Assembly: GCF_000150275.1 (NCBI RefSeq)
Contig: NW_002060944.1
Coordinates: 7,578,735 to 7,642,734 of the forward strand
Direction: 5' to 3'
Length of the DNA stretch: 64,000 bases
Source of the DNA: Trichoplax adhaerens
Taxonomy: Eukaryota; Animalia; Placozoa
In this document: positions 1 to 13,974 of the stretch, in pieces
How the letters are laid out: the number at the start of each line of letters is the position of its first letter
How positions within the stretch are numbered: position 1 is the first letter of the stretch
Position numbers and translations under genes: made by a program
The notes under the pieces: generated by a model
The model's database searches: none
The model's input: the letters and a program-made list of their open reading frames with translations, nothing else
Told to the model about the DNA's origin: nothing

Positions 1-319
1 TCTATTCTCTAAAAGATGTGGAAGGACCACTTACTTGTGTTACTTTCAGTACAATGTGCCACGTATGATTTTTCTCCTTACTGTACAACAGATAGAACTG
101 TAATGCATGCAATAACCACGATGCGATACCATCAGTGTGTATTCGCAGTACTATTTGAGTACCGCTGCAATCATCAGCCATCAGCTTTGATCAAGTATAA
201 TAATTTGAGCATTTCATTTTATCACAGCAAATTCAAGGGACAGGTTGATTACCTACTGTTATTGATAACTGATACGTGCTGAATGCTTCTACAATATGAT
301 CAAATTTGGAGCTGCATTT

Positions 320-1285
320 ATAGTACTGTAGGTGTTATTTCCAATGTACAGTGTACACTGTACAGTATAGTACTGTATTTGCAAAATCCGCCCTTTTAAA
401 AAAGTTTTACGTATTGCAGATTAATTTCGATGTCATCACATGTAGTGGGATTCGAATACTCTGATTTTTATACTAAAATATTTAGATGAAAAGGAGAATT
501 AAAAAAATGCTTACAAAAAATGAATCTCTCTAATGTTAGCAGGAATAGACTACGGTAAGTGGTACTGGTCTGTAGTAGTTCTCCAACAGTATCTTGTACT
601 GTATACAGTATTACTGAATCCTCTAGGTATACAGTACAGTATATTGCGCTATACTGTACAGTGTACAGTGTACATTGGGTCATATCCAGCGTTTATCCAT
701 TCACTGCTTAATGACAATTTCACCCAGTAATGCCCTTCGTCTCCTTAGTTAATTATTCGTATTTTCAAAATTATCAAAGAAATCAGGGTTACTGTGACTT
801 AGTAGTGTGTAAATATGGGTCGAATAGTCCCTAGTTTGTCTTTTACAATCTTAAAAAGACGAATTTTTGACTGAGGGGACTAAATTCAAGAAGGGGGTTA
901 CTGGTATGAAAGTCATTTACTGTAGCATTGAGTGAATATGTACTGTACAGTACAGTACTAAATTCACCTGCGAATTTACTGTACAGGGTCAACGGGCTAA
1001 TTTCTATGATTTTTGGGCAAACCAACGTATAAAATTTGGGGGTTTCTTGAACAAATTGTAGATCAATCGATAGAGAAAGAGTTAATTTACAAGAATTTGT
1101 CGTTAAAATTTACTTACGACGTCTGCCTTCATTGTAATTATTATTATTAAGGTAGGCGAGCGGCTACAGTACAAAGTAAAAATGAAGATTTGATAGCATA
1201 TGGTATCACATACAACAATACAGGTACAGTATTGTGTATGAAGTATTATGCTATACTTAAGTACTGTATTAAAGTACAGTAGTGG
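320..1285. promoter_or_regulatory. Putative promoter region rich in TACTG/TACAG pentamer clusters upstream of the dehydrogenase
   Basis: Clusters such as GTACAGTGTACACTGTACAGTATAGTACTGTA (347-378), 596-675 and 940-985; the same pattern precedes other genes in the window. Confidence 0.45.
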
Positions 1286-1378
1286 AAATACGAGTTCAAG
1301 ACGGGCCAACAAGAAGCTCTTGCTAAATGGTCATCATTTATTTCCTAAATCAAGTGTCGATTTTGCGGAAGAAATAGA

Positions 1379-4300
1379 ATGAAGCGCATCGTGCATATCT
1401 TCAGCCGAGAACCCGGCCTGAAGGAAATAATTGCATCAATGCACAGAGATGTTGAATTGAAAGAGATTTGCCCACCATCTCCAGGTTCAATATAATATGA
1501 TGATACAGTGTGATGATGATATCTAAAAGAGCTCATCTAGTATGTGAAATATTTGTTTACCTGGATGATTTTTTGCTTGTTGTGCTCAAATGCAGCATTT
1601 GGCTCTATAAAATATTGCTACTATACGTGCATAGGCATATCGCGTTAGAGTAGGTGCCATTTGAGCTGTAAAGTACAGTATGTTACTATCTTTGTATCAG
1701 GTTAGGTTTTCATATGCGTTCATCATGTACATTGTACAGTACTGTACTGAGGTGGCTAGAACTTGCTAATCACTTGAGCTACTCTGCTTCAACTCAAGTT
1801 TGAAATAGGAATAGTAGCTTACGTTTCAGCTATTCTCCTAATTAGTATTATCGAACTAACTCTGTGGACAAGATGTCGTACAGAATTATTGAGCGAAATT
1901 GAGGCGAAGACGAAACTGCTTCAGCTAACCACCTATACACAGGATAGCTACAGCCAACAGTCATCTCGGGTATCATGCCAACGTTACAATTTCTATATAC
2001 AACAACTTGCAAACAAATACTACTAAAGTAATACCCAAAATTCGCAACATGTTTGCAGTATGGATTGATTGGGGGTAATTTGATGCATGTCTGCTGTATT
2101 GACTAGCTCTTTGTATTTATAAGCCTGGGATAAGAACAGATTTTAGATTGACTACAGTATCTTCCACCAAGCTAAAGAGTAATTTGGTGTAGGTCTGCTC
2201 TATATTGACCAGTACCTTCTAGTTATAAGCCTGGAATAAGAACAGGTTTTAAGATTGATTGTAGTATCTACCAACAAGTTATAGAAGAAGAAGAACTACA
2301 GTATATGGGTATGGCAGCTCTTTACTTAGGATTAGCTACAGGAATGCATATTGAGCATATTCTATCCACAACTAGTATACGATTTCAGCCTGTTATCGAT
2401 GATATTATAACTGGAGACATCATCAATCGAAATCGTTGTAAAGAAGGTCATAATAAATGGGAATATAAGTTTATTTAGTATAGTATGCCACTCTTTGAAT
2501 TATTTACTGCACTAAAGCGCAAATACAGGCCTTACAGGCTGCATTGTTGTTAACAGCTAGATTTTTATTCTTCATTCTCTTCTCATCAATTATAGGCTCA
2601 TCTCTCACAGCTAAACAGATAAATGAATTGGAAGAAGCTGAGGTACTGATTTCTGATCCTCAGTTGGCTGGGCCCTTACTTTCTAGATTAAAGAACTTGA
2701 AATGGATGCAATCGACATGGGCCGGTATTTTTGTCATAATATTATTTCATACATGGCTTCATAGAGAGTTTACGCAGCTTACATTGTCGTGTTGATACTG
2801 GATATTTTCTTACAGATACACAGATGATAGATATGCCTTATCACATCTGTATTGTTTATTTTAGTCATATTGAAGTAGATTTAATTAGAGACAAGTAACT
2901 AAGAATCTAATGTTGTATTTTCATTAGGCAACGACGCTATGAAAAATTTTGTAACCACGAAAGTAAGTAAATATAGTGGTAATAATACTCTATATTCTTC
3001 TTTAGATTATAAACATTACTTTACAATACATAGTAACTATGTACAATAGATACAAAATTAATAGTTACAATAATTAATTAGCAATAGTTTGGTATCTTGT
3101 GCTTGCCTTGCGCTCTACTATTTGGCCATTATCTATTTATAAAGCTTAGATTATTTCAATAATTGTCGTGTATTTGGGAATGAAGGCATAAATCTTACTG
3201 CAAGACTTTATTAGCAGTACGATACTAACTTATCGTAGGGATAAGTAGTATGACTGTTCTAAAATCGAACACCATTAACTATGTTCATAAATATTGTGTA
3301 CATATTGTTACATTACATGCACTAATAATTGTACTGGTTGATGTCATAGGCTAGTAAACAATAAACATCTCAGTAATATGTGTTTCTTCTCACAATTTGA
3401 GTTAATGATGTAAGAAATTATGTTAAGTCTAGATATAGCTTTCATATTAAATTCATCTGTTTCGTTATTAAAGCCAACTTTTGTTATGACCCGGATGGCC
3501 GATACTTTCGGTTACACTATTTCTGAATATGTTCTTGCTCAAATAATTATTCATGAAAGACACTTAGATCGTTACTGGCAGCAACAGAAAGATAAAATTT
3601 GGTATGGGTGTTACGTTTACTACTTATTAAATAGTACAAACACATAATCTTTCAAGGATTGTAATACGATTGATTTCTAAATTTATTTATCTTAAAGTGG
3701 ATAATTACTATGCTTTTCATTTCATCAGGAAGCAAAGATCGGTACGTTCTCTTCAAGATCTTACGTTAGGCATACTTGGCGCTGGTAACATTGGCTGCCA
3801 TGGTAATATTGGAATATTGTTGGTTTTACCACAAAATTATAACTGATTTTACTGAAACTTAATTTTTGTTTTACCATAAAATATGTAAAAGTTGCTAAAG
3901 TAGCAAAAAATATCGGAATGACAACTTGGGGTCTAGTCCGAAGAGAGTTACCCTCTCATGATAGGTCTCCATTTGTTGATCACTATAGGTAAATATGAAA
4001 TATTAGTAAATTTCTCATACTGATTCGATGTTATAGCTATAACATATGTAAATATTGGTAGATGATATTTGCAAGTAGCTTTAATTTTTAAATATTATTA
4101 TCATGCAATTTTGTTCTAGAACGCAAAACAATCTACAAGAATTACTATCTGAAAATGATTACATTTGCAACGTACTCCCTAACACTAGTAAAACTATGAA
4201 TCTATTATCAGGAAACGTGTTAAAAGTCTGCGAAAAGAAGGTTAATTAAATGTCATTACGAAATAGCTGAGTGTAGAATTTCGAGATCATACCGGTGTAT

Positions 4301-4985
4301 GGGCAATCTCTTAAGTAACTGAAATCTGCTGACACCAAACACTTTTTTGATAGAAACCTGTTTTTATCAATGTCGGAAGAGGTGGAATAATCGATGATAA
4401 CAGCTTGATTACGGCTATAAGGTACTTTCAGAAAAATGAAATACTACTAGAGATAATGCTCACCCCATCTAAATAATTCTATAGAAGTGCTTGTTGTATT
4501 ATAAGTTCTTGTATACCCACACAAGATATGTAATTAATTATATAATAATTTTAAGGAATGGATGGATCTCTGCTGCTATTCTTGACGTTTTTAACGAGGA
4601 GCCATTACCTGCGGATCACCCTTTCTGGACTATACCAGAGGTACGAACAAGTTTTAATGTCAATGTCATGCGACCTTGCTGTTATAATTTATTACAGTAA
4701 ACAAGTAATAATTTATACTTGCATATTATCGAAATTTTGATAGATTACTATCACACCGCATATATCTGGTCCAGGAATTCCAGTAAAGGTACGATTAGGA
4801 CTTGAAGAGAGTTACAAAAAATAAAGATTACCTATTCTACGTTATGACTTTATACAAGAATTCTTTTACATTAATTATAATTTTTACTTAACAACTAGAT
4901 TTCAGAAGTATTCGTCAGAAATTTAAAATTTTATAATGCCAATAAGGACTTAGATTTTGTCTACAACTGGGACGAAGAGTATTAA
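1379..4985 (+). CDS. D-isomer-specific 2-hydroxyacid dehydrogenase (glyoxylate/hydroxypyruvate reductase A-like), 11 exons
   Basis: Hand-spliced exons about 1379-1484, 2596-2724, 2928-2962, 3474-3601, 3729-3802, 3892-3988, 4120-4240, 4354-4421, 4556-4640, 4744-4788, 4899-4985 with GT-AG ends. Motifs: LKWMQSTWAG, Rossmann LGILGAGNIG, FINVGRGG, AILDVFNEEPLPADHPFW, ITPHISG. Confidence 0.9.
2088..2285. repeat. Two-copy tandem duplication (~106 bp) in intron 1
   Basis: TATAAGCCTGG(G/A)ATAAGAACAG...AGATTGA..AGTATCT.CCA.CAAG at 2118 and 2224. Confidence 0.75.
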
Positions 4986-6273
4986 AAATTTGCCACATTC
5001 TTATTTATCCTGCGCTGAATCTCTATAAATTATTTAGATATGCTAAAACTATAAAATGTTGTTTAGCAGATAGAATTGATTGTAGGTAACTTTTAAGAAC
5101 TTTATTAATATGCATGCACGATATATTACAAAATATGATAATAAGCGGTTGCAACTAATCTATCTACAGGTCTGGCTCCCAAACTGATAAAGTTTCTTAC
5201 AATAGTAGATCTTGCGCAATAGTCTATGCCACTTAAATTTATTTCTCAGTATTTCAGTTTAGCCGTAGCGACAGGAGGGTTTACAGTACTTGAAAAATTG
5301 TATTTTAACTTAAAGTAATCTTACTTACTCACTGTAAATGAAATTTGAATTATTTTATTCTTCTTAATTGATACGATACAAAGGGATAGTCTGACATGCA
5401 ACGCGTTTCTAAATGTAATGTTTAATATTGAAAAAAAAATCTGTTACAAACATTCTTCGATAGTAATATAGATTAATTTAAAGGTTGAGGTTGTACTGTA
5501 CTGTTTTTCCTGTTATGGTATTATCTACCAAATGCAAAATGTATGTCAGCACAGCTGGGTATAGAATAAAATTCTGATATTTTATTATAAATTTTTGTTG
5601 TATATTTTTTATATACGTTCTGGACAAGCATAGCCAACTTAAGCAAGTTAAATAAATAACATGCGTAGTCGTGCATCTTAAGTTAGCAGGTTTATACTGA
5701 AATGAAGCTATAAACTTGTTAATACAGGAGATTATGGGGAGATAATTTCTATAGGTTTGTTTTTATAAAAGAATTGTACAGTATCAGACAATAAATCATA
5801 GGTATATTTGTAAACTTGGAGAAGTAATAGAATCTCAGTCAAATGTAATTGTACTTATTTGACTTTGGAATCATTATAATAATTATTATTACCTACTAAT
5901 ATTACAATTAGGTAATCAATGTAGAATGAGTTACAAAGTAGAAATAAGGTTTCCAGTACATTACTGTTCCTTAAATTGTTGATTATGGTAATACATATAA
6001 TCATAACGTTTTTACGATATCGAAATTTTTTCAATGCTAAAAAAGAGGAACGTTCTTAAAGAAATTTGGAACAGCTATTTCCATGATTAATATAGTATCT
6101 GAGTAAAATTCAATAAAAAAATACTTTTCAAGTGATACTCCATAACAGTAACAGTTATCATAGGTTTGTATTTGATATACCGATATTATGATATTATGAT
6201 TTACAAGTTTTAACAGATCTCCTATCTAAATTAGAAAAGCTAATAAAATTAAATAACTGTAACTAAGACATTA

Positions 6274-9200
6274 CTACTTCACTGTTGCTATTCTTCGTCG
6301 CAAATTTTTAATAAAATCTATCATTACGCTGGCAATGGCAAAATCGACTACATTCTTGGGTAACCATCCCTTTCAATAACAAGAAAAAATTAGTAACTTT
6401 ATACGATAGTAAAATGATATCATATTCTTTAACACAGTAGAACTATACGCAATTACAGTATTACGAAGCCTCAATGCTTCACAAATAAATCGCTAGAATG
6501 ATAAAAAAATAATTTAATTTTATAATCTAATAAGTTATGATTTCTTTTAGCATTTGTAATCTTGATACCTACCTTTGGGTCAGTGTGGAGTAGCCATGTA
6601 TAATGGGATGCATTGGCATTATTTTGTAAAGGTCTTATAATCCAAGCGGAAAGTTTATTTTCACCTCTATGAAATCAAGATGTTTTGAGTTAATATTAAC
6701 AATTAAGCTTAAGAGGGCTACTGAGTTCATACCTAACATAGGAGCGATGGGTTGGCATCAAATCATCATCCTTTATAGATGTACTATAAGTGCGATAATA
6801 GCCATTTTCTATCTCCCAGTGTCGAATCGATAAAAAATCTCTGTATAGTGATGGATAACATAAATAGAACAATTATTGCCATGAATAAGACGTTACTATA
6901 AGAAAAAATTTTAAGACAGTTCTTTAAGAGCACCCTGAAATATGAAAAGCATTTCATATAATATGATAGGTAAATATAAATAATAGATGAAATCTCACTA
7001 CCTCTTCGAAACTAGACCATTCCCAGACTCTGCAACTATGGCGTATAAAATATCCGTCTGATCGTCTAGTTTTTTCAAAATCTAACAATAAAAGTATCAA
7101 CAAAGTCAATTAATGAAAACAATGCTATACAGAGCCAAGGATTTAATATGGCGTAAGAAAGAAAAAAAGGATTTTCCATTGAATTTTATTCTTTGTATCT
7201 TTCACCTTATTTTGTACGACAGTGGAATCCCAATCCGATTGATGTTCGCAATCAAGGCAAATGACTTGGAATAGATCTGCTGGCTTACAATCCAGAGCGA
7301 TCTAGCAAAGGTAGAAATAAAAAATGCCTAGCGTTTATTTTTCAGTTGATTATGACTAAACATGAAAAAGCATCTGATATTAATTAAATGAATAAATCAA
7401 GGCTTACGAGTAGACATTAATCACCATGTATTAATCAAAAATACTAACCCGTGCTCTAAAAACTTTCCCAATACCTTGTACATTACGGCTATCAACAACC
7501 AAATTATCCTAACGAGAGTCATGAAAAGGATTATTACAAGATGTATCGAGATATCGAGAAAAGAATAACTATTGCATAATCTTACAGTGGTCTTTTCAAT
7601 TTTCCAATCAGTATCAATACTAAGTAAATCGTTTACTGTAATCGATAGATCCTTAACCAGTTCCATATGTTCTGAAAACTAGTATTTTTTTATTTAATAT
7701 AAAAATAAGAAATATTAAAACCCTGTTAAACTAAATGAAAGCGATACAATTTCTAGACCTTATCATCAGGAACTGGACTTGAAGCTCTACTGCCAGGCAA
7801 TGAGTAAAATCTGGAGCTTACTGGACTTCCTCGCGGTATGGTATCCTCTTCCTTATCGCTTTCTTGCTGATCAATACTAACGAAACTGTGTCTGCAATCC
7901 GAATTAATTACATGATCAGCGCCAGTAATAACTTTTTCATCCAAGCTATGCGTTATATGATCTTCAGCAGCTAACCCTCTTTCACTATTTGTTGGTGAGC
8001 CTAGGAAGAAATAATTTTAGATACTTAGTTAACATTTAACTTTAGAACTGCGAATAACTACTAAAATTGTAGTCATAAATTAGAAATTTATTTGTACCTT
8101 TGGGCGAGTAGAAAGGTTCCGAATATATTGTTACCCTATTATTTAAGTAGTTTTAGTTTTGATGAAAGTCCAACTATAACATAAACAATTCAAAATATTG
8201 ATAACAAAAAATTCATCGAACCTATTGTCACTCCACAATAATGGTTGTGTTTCATTGTTTGAATTGCTTGGGGTATTTGTATTCGGAACAATTTGTCTTA
8301 CAGCTAGGCAGTAATAAAAAGGCGGAAGTTAAGTTTGCTCGTGATCAAAAAGAAGAAATTTATGCAACTACTAGATATAATGTTTTACTTTATAGACTAG
8401 TTCAATTATATTAGACATCGTATCTACCGTTTCGTAAATGCAATTGTCTGTGTCTTTTCTCCTTAGGAAGAACCTATCAATTGATAAAAATGTTTAACAT
8501 TACGCTATTACGACTCGCTCAATCACAGGCAAAGTATAGGTAGAATGCGATATTTTTTACTTCATTTTTTAGCAACGAACAATTTAATTTCGTTATAAAT
8601 CTCAATTTAATTTCATTATAAATTTCTGTTTGGTAAGTAATATTCACAGTATGCTAATTACGTTAATAAGAATTATATTACGAGACTTGTAGATATCTAT
8701 AACGCAAAAACTACTTCTATAATTATCAATTTCAGCCATTAGCAGAGTTCAACACTGTAATAGTACCTTAAAATCGAATATCCATGTTTCTATCCAGCAA
8801 TTAAGAAAAGATATAACAAAAATGAGATAGTCCATAGGATGGGTAGTAGAAGTAGTAACTGCAGTAAACTGGAAGATTACGAATAAAATAAGTTAAAAAA
8901 AATATTTTTGTCCAAAGTGTGGATCATTAAAAAGCATTTATAGGGTAACGCTTGTAAAAACGAGTGATCTATCTTCAAGCATAGAATCTTATTTCGTAGC
9001 TTACGTCGTAAAAGAAAATCTTGACTACTAAATAAACAGATGTTCCCAATGTGGTAAACTGTAATGATGATTAGAATTAGTCATTATTACATTATTCCAT
9101 TAAATCATTAATTGAAGAAAAGTACAAAATTCTACTTACTGCTACCATTAGCCAGTGATCGCATTTACATACAATATATGCCATGAATAAAAGAATGAAT

Positions 9201-12200
9201 CTCCCTCCAGCTAGTAACTTTTAATTTAAAAATTGAATACTTTTTTATATAATCAACTGTTAATTGACATCATTCCATTGCTTTACAAGAAAATTTGTAA
9301 TTAGCCAAGATAGCAATCAATAAAATGGGATGTATGAATGTATTATCAAGTAGATGCATTGACATTCTTACCACAAAATCGAATAATGATGTTTTGAAGT
9401 TGAAACGCACTATTTGTTGTTCAAAAGGCTCATGGATCCGACCAGCTTCTAGTAACTAAGATTGTTGTAATTGAAATTAGACTTATTGATCAAACAATTT
9501 GTAAGATAGCGGTGATATAATCTCAGCTGAGATCATTCTTAATTTGCATGTACTGTATTTCAGTATCCGACTTATTACGTTTTGACGATTGATTACTTCA
9601 TATCGACATTAGCCTAATCAAGGACAGCTATAATATTTGCAAACTTTAATTAATTACTCTTCCAATATGTTTGGTATTATAAAATTTTTACGTTTTGATG
9701 ATTGATCACTTTATATTCACATTGACCTCATCAAGGACCCTTTGGTCTATGACAAAGTCAATGGAAGAGAAATGGCAACTAAACTGCTCTTCAATACTAT
9801 AAAAAATCATGTTGCACCCAGCCTAAGAGCGATTGATGTATACGAGGATAGCCAGTACTAAATACGCTGAAGTCATTATCCAATTTTATAAAATAAAATA
9901 ATACTATTATCAGCAAAGCTTGACAATAATCATAGTCTAGCCAACTTGGGCAATTATTTAATTATTTTTAATGCCTGCTATCATTACCTTGACTATAACT
10001 ATATTGTACGTACACTGTGACGAAAGCAAGCTAATTCATGGTATATTTTCGATTAGTCTACGCTACATCCTACTTACTGTATCGCTACGATATTGTATTG
10101 ATAGAAGGGGGATATTATAGACAATTTTGAATTATTTAGAATATTTATTACAGCTGTTAAAAAGCAATTATATAATTGAATTTATGAGTGTTATTGACTA
10201 ACTAGTAATTAATTGAAGAATTCTTAAAGCTGTCGTTCCAGCCAGTCAATACCAAGATTAATTTAATTTAATTAGTTGGATCTTGCGAAGAATAAAATGT
10301 CTCAATCTACGTATCTAACTAAGCCGGTTGATTTACTGTAATTTGAAAACTGTCATCATTCGAGATATAGTGCAAGTGATATCTCAATTTCTTCGTCTTC
10401 TATCCATTATCATGGTAGCTAGCGGTAATATTTCATCAATTAATTATCATATGCTCATGACCTTGTGTGAATTTCCTGTCATTAATTAGTTTCAATGTTG
10501 ACTGTTATTATTACTTTTTTTTAACTGTGGCTGGGATAAGTATTGTACGCCTGAGGCACCTCAGCTTGCTATTAGCTATTATTTACTGTTATAGAATATT
10601 CTGCGACATGTTTGGAAGGGCGATCTATAACTTATGCTAACATTCAGTTTAATTTCATTGTGCTGAGCGCCTTATTGACTTTCATGCAATAAAGATAGAG
10701 TATGTAAAAGGTAAAGTAAAAATTGGTTATCATCAGTAAATTTCTTCCTGTTCATTAAGCATCTACGCGCACAGCAGAGAGAGTGAAAACATTTTGGTAT
10801 AGGTAAAGTACTATGAAAATCTACGATCGCTTTTTCTATTATTTTGATTACCAATAATTATAAAAATAGATGATACAGTTGTCAGAAGATGGGAAGGATA
10901 ACCTGATATTCTATCCTTTAATTAGTACGGTGAATATGATACAATTTGTTAAGATCAAGTAAATGCTGAGAAATTAGAATTATCAACAATATTTTCCTTC
11001 AGATAGATAGATATTCTGTATCAAGTTCAAGGCAATAATACGATTTTGCCAAAGTGCAGTATTTAAATTGTACCAGTCTGGTCTGTAATTAAGTGTTTTA
11101 CTGTAAAAACAAGCGTATCCATTAAAGTCTATTTCCTAAGGATCACTCGATCATTTTGACGTCATAAAATCTTGTATTTCTACATTAGACCTCTAAGGAT
11201 ATTTTATTTTAATTAAATAAGTATCATTAAATCGGTATAGGAAAGCAGTTTAGTAGCACAAAGTACCAGGACAGTGACAACTAGATTACATTATTTGGTA
11301 GTTGATTAACTCCATTGGAAAGGGCAATCAATGAGGGCGCTGGCAGTCATTGATCTGCACTTTCTTTGTCATAAGAATGGACTGGCACACGGAATGGATA
11401 TCAACATCAAGTATTTTATGAAGCCGTACTTGACATACCTGGTGGACAGTAAGATTGAGACAAAACATTGGCTATTTATCCTATAGGGTTAAATCATTTT
11501 TAACAGTTTAACAGGGTTCATTTTGGCTGTAAAAAAGAGAAAATGAATAGATGATGTGTCTACGGTACTGGGTGTATAGGCATGGCGAGATGTTCTTATA
11601 GTATCAGTCACTAAATTCGTCTACTTTTAGCGCATTTATCGGTACTAGTAAAAGAATAAAATGAAAATCATTTTCTCTTGATTTCTTGCTATGATTGTCT
11701 AGTGGACATTTTAGACCCTTATTCAGGACTGTCCCATATTCTCAGTGTGTTAGAATGCCGCCATGACAGCGAATCCTGGTTGTGCATGGCACTGCAGTTA
11801 ACGTCCTTTGGGCATCCTACGTCATACATTTACACAGTATATACGCGTCCGCTCGTTTTAAATGCTACACCATAATAAATAGATACACTAGGAGTATAAA
11901 CAAAAATCTCCTACCATGTGGACTGGATTTGTGTGAAAGTACAGCTTTGCCGGTGTGTTCAAGCATGGTTAGCATGGATCGATGATGGCGATGTAGACAT
12001 AAAATAACTTGTTGACGCTATTACTGTATGATCAATATTTTGTAAGGATGACGACGTTTGGGGATGAAAATGCAATACAGATACAGCTTAGATGATCCCT
12101 AAAGGATGGCAAAGCTTAGTCGAAATAGAAATGAAAAAATAAAGACTGCTTTGATAAAATGACTCCATTAGAATGGCTAGAATAGGACTGCATGCTTGAT

Positions 12201-12822
12201 ATTTTGATAGGACAAAGAGGGGTAGAAATGGAAAATAGATAGTGCTCAGATGAAATTACTCAATTAATGCATAGATACAGTAGATTGATTTGATTATTAT
12301 TTATAAACGAGTACTATCATGATCCATGTCTTGTAAAGGTGAAGAGGTTGGTGAATTGAAAGGGAAAATCAATACTGCCTCAAGGAAATTACTTTATTAG
12401 AATATCATGATTGATATCTTGTCAAGATGAAGTGGCTGAGAAATGGAAGATTGATATTGCTCCGATAAAATTATTATTATCATCGGAGATGATATCACGT
12501 CAGCAATGGAAAGGATAATCACAACGTCAAGGAGAATTTACGATCTCGAAAGCTCCAAGATTGAACTTACTACATCAATTTACCTTGGTATAAATAAACC
12601 ACATGACAAATACTAAAAGAGCGTCAAAAAAGGCGAAGAGACCAAAGAGACGTCGAATCGTCGAGACACCACAGTACCAGTCGTGATTACTTCCCTGATT
12701 GATGTTGACATCATGACCGCTACGCGTTTGCCGCTCATCTTGATTAGTCCTATCCTCATTATTTAGCAGCATTTTTGTGGATAATTCTCGATTGCTTCTA
12801 CCAGTGTTGCTATCGCTCATGT
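6274..12822 (-). CDS. STARD3: StAR-related lipid transfer protein 3 (MLN64): N-terminal MENTAL domain plus C-terminal START domain
   Basis: Exons read VSTIRRLFGLFAFFDALLVFVMWFIYTK (12581-12822), FEQQIVRFNFKTSLFDFV, LLAGGRFILLFMAY..HWLMVA, YLIFVISFLNCWIETWIFDFK|VLPKE, RFYSLPGS, then START exons ending GENKLSAWIIRP...YTWLLHTDPK|GWLPKNVVDFAIASVMIDFIKNLRRRIATVK* (stop 6274-6276). Confidence 0.9.
9576..9738. repeat. Two-copy duplication (~112 bp spacing) in STARD3 intron 1
   Basis: TTACGTTTTGA(C/T)GATTGAT.ACTT.ATAT..ACATT..CCT.ATCAAGGAC at ~9576 and ~9688. Confidence 0.65.
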
Positions 12823-12896
12823 ATGCTTTATTTAGATCAGTCGACAGGACCAATGGATGAATAATAAATAAATAACTTAACTTGTTAATACTCAAT

Positions 12897-13110
12897 ATTC
12901 CAGCTCAATCGATTTCCAATTCTTCAACAAGGATGCTAGCTAATAATCGTCAATATCAACGGCTTACCAATGCCAATTTTGACTATTACTAGATCTAGTC
13001 TTGACCTAGCAAACTCGTCCCAATTCCAGCTCGATCGATTTCCAATTCTTCAACAAGGATACTGGCTAATCATCAACATCAATTGCTTACCAAGGCCAAT
13101 TTCCAGTATC
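12897..13110. repeat. Two-copy tandem duplication (~126 bp) just 5' of the STARD3 start; each copy has a minus-strand GTAAGC donor
   Basis: ATTCCAGCTC(A/G)ATCGATTTCCAATTCTTCAACAAGGAT...GCTTACCAA at 12897 and 13023. Confidence 0.8.
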
Positions 13111-13974
13111 ATCCAAGGCGAAAGATTATGCTAACACTTAACTTTATCGATAGAGAAGTAATCTAGCCGATCGATATTGTATACTGTAATGGCGATGTTT
13201 TCTTTCTTTTGTTATCTGACTTCAAGTCTGTATCGAGGTCGGGATTCCGTCCTGCTTTCCGTAACAAGAGGGGCTTGAAGAGAAAATTCAATAGTTCTGT
13301 TCCAGTTGGAGTAAGTGTCCGTACATGAAGTTTGGCGCATACTGTACTGTATAAAAATAAAAGAATGTCCAGCTCTGTACAGTACGAAGTCAAACTGGCC
13401 TAAGCAAATCTACAGTATAACGTAGTATACTGTATTACACTCCAATTTGTCTTAAAATAGTATACAAAATTGAAATCCTGTTTCTCCATCTTAGCTGTAC
13501 TATCCAATCTATCCTTTGTTGAGAGAAGCACTCGCTAGTCGAGATCACTTGCACGATAGACTGCTAAAAGAAAACGAGTAGTAGCCTATGGTTGTAGTCA
13601 TCGAGAGTCTTTCTTGCTTAACGCCATACTGTTGCGATAGCATGACATCATCGTAATGACTGCGCTGGCGCAGTCGTAGCACTCGACATCATCACCTTTC
13701 CAATGACGTAATGAGATCGAGTTTAGTGGATTGCTAATCGTAAATGAATTAGGTAATGAATTAATCAAATCCTGCAATGAAGAACATCTCATAGGTACCA
13801 AGAGGTTTATCTTGATTAAGTAATTCATCTCTAGTAGCGAGTGATTGGAAATTGACTAACTTATATACTGCATATAATTTTCGCATTTTGCCATGCATCA
13901 TGAGATGTTTGCTATTGGCAAAGATGCGTAGGAGGAGGGAAGGGAAAGGTAAACTTTCAATTCAATTTTGAATT

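Noticed and set aside
10000-12500. Nested gene in the long STARD3 intron
   Set aside because: Only scattered donor-like sites and short ORFs; no phase-consistent exon chain could be built.
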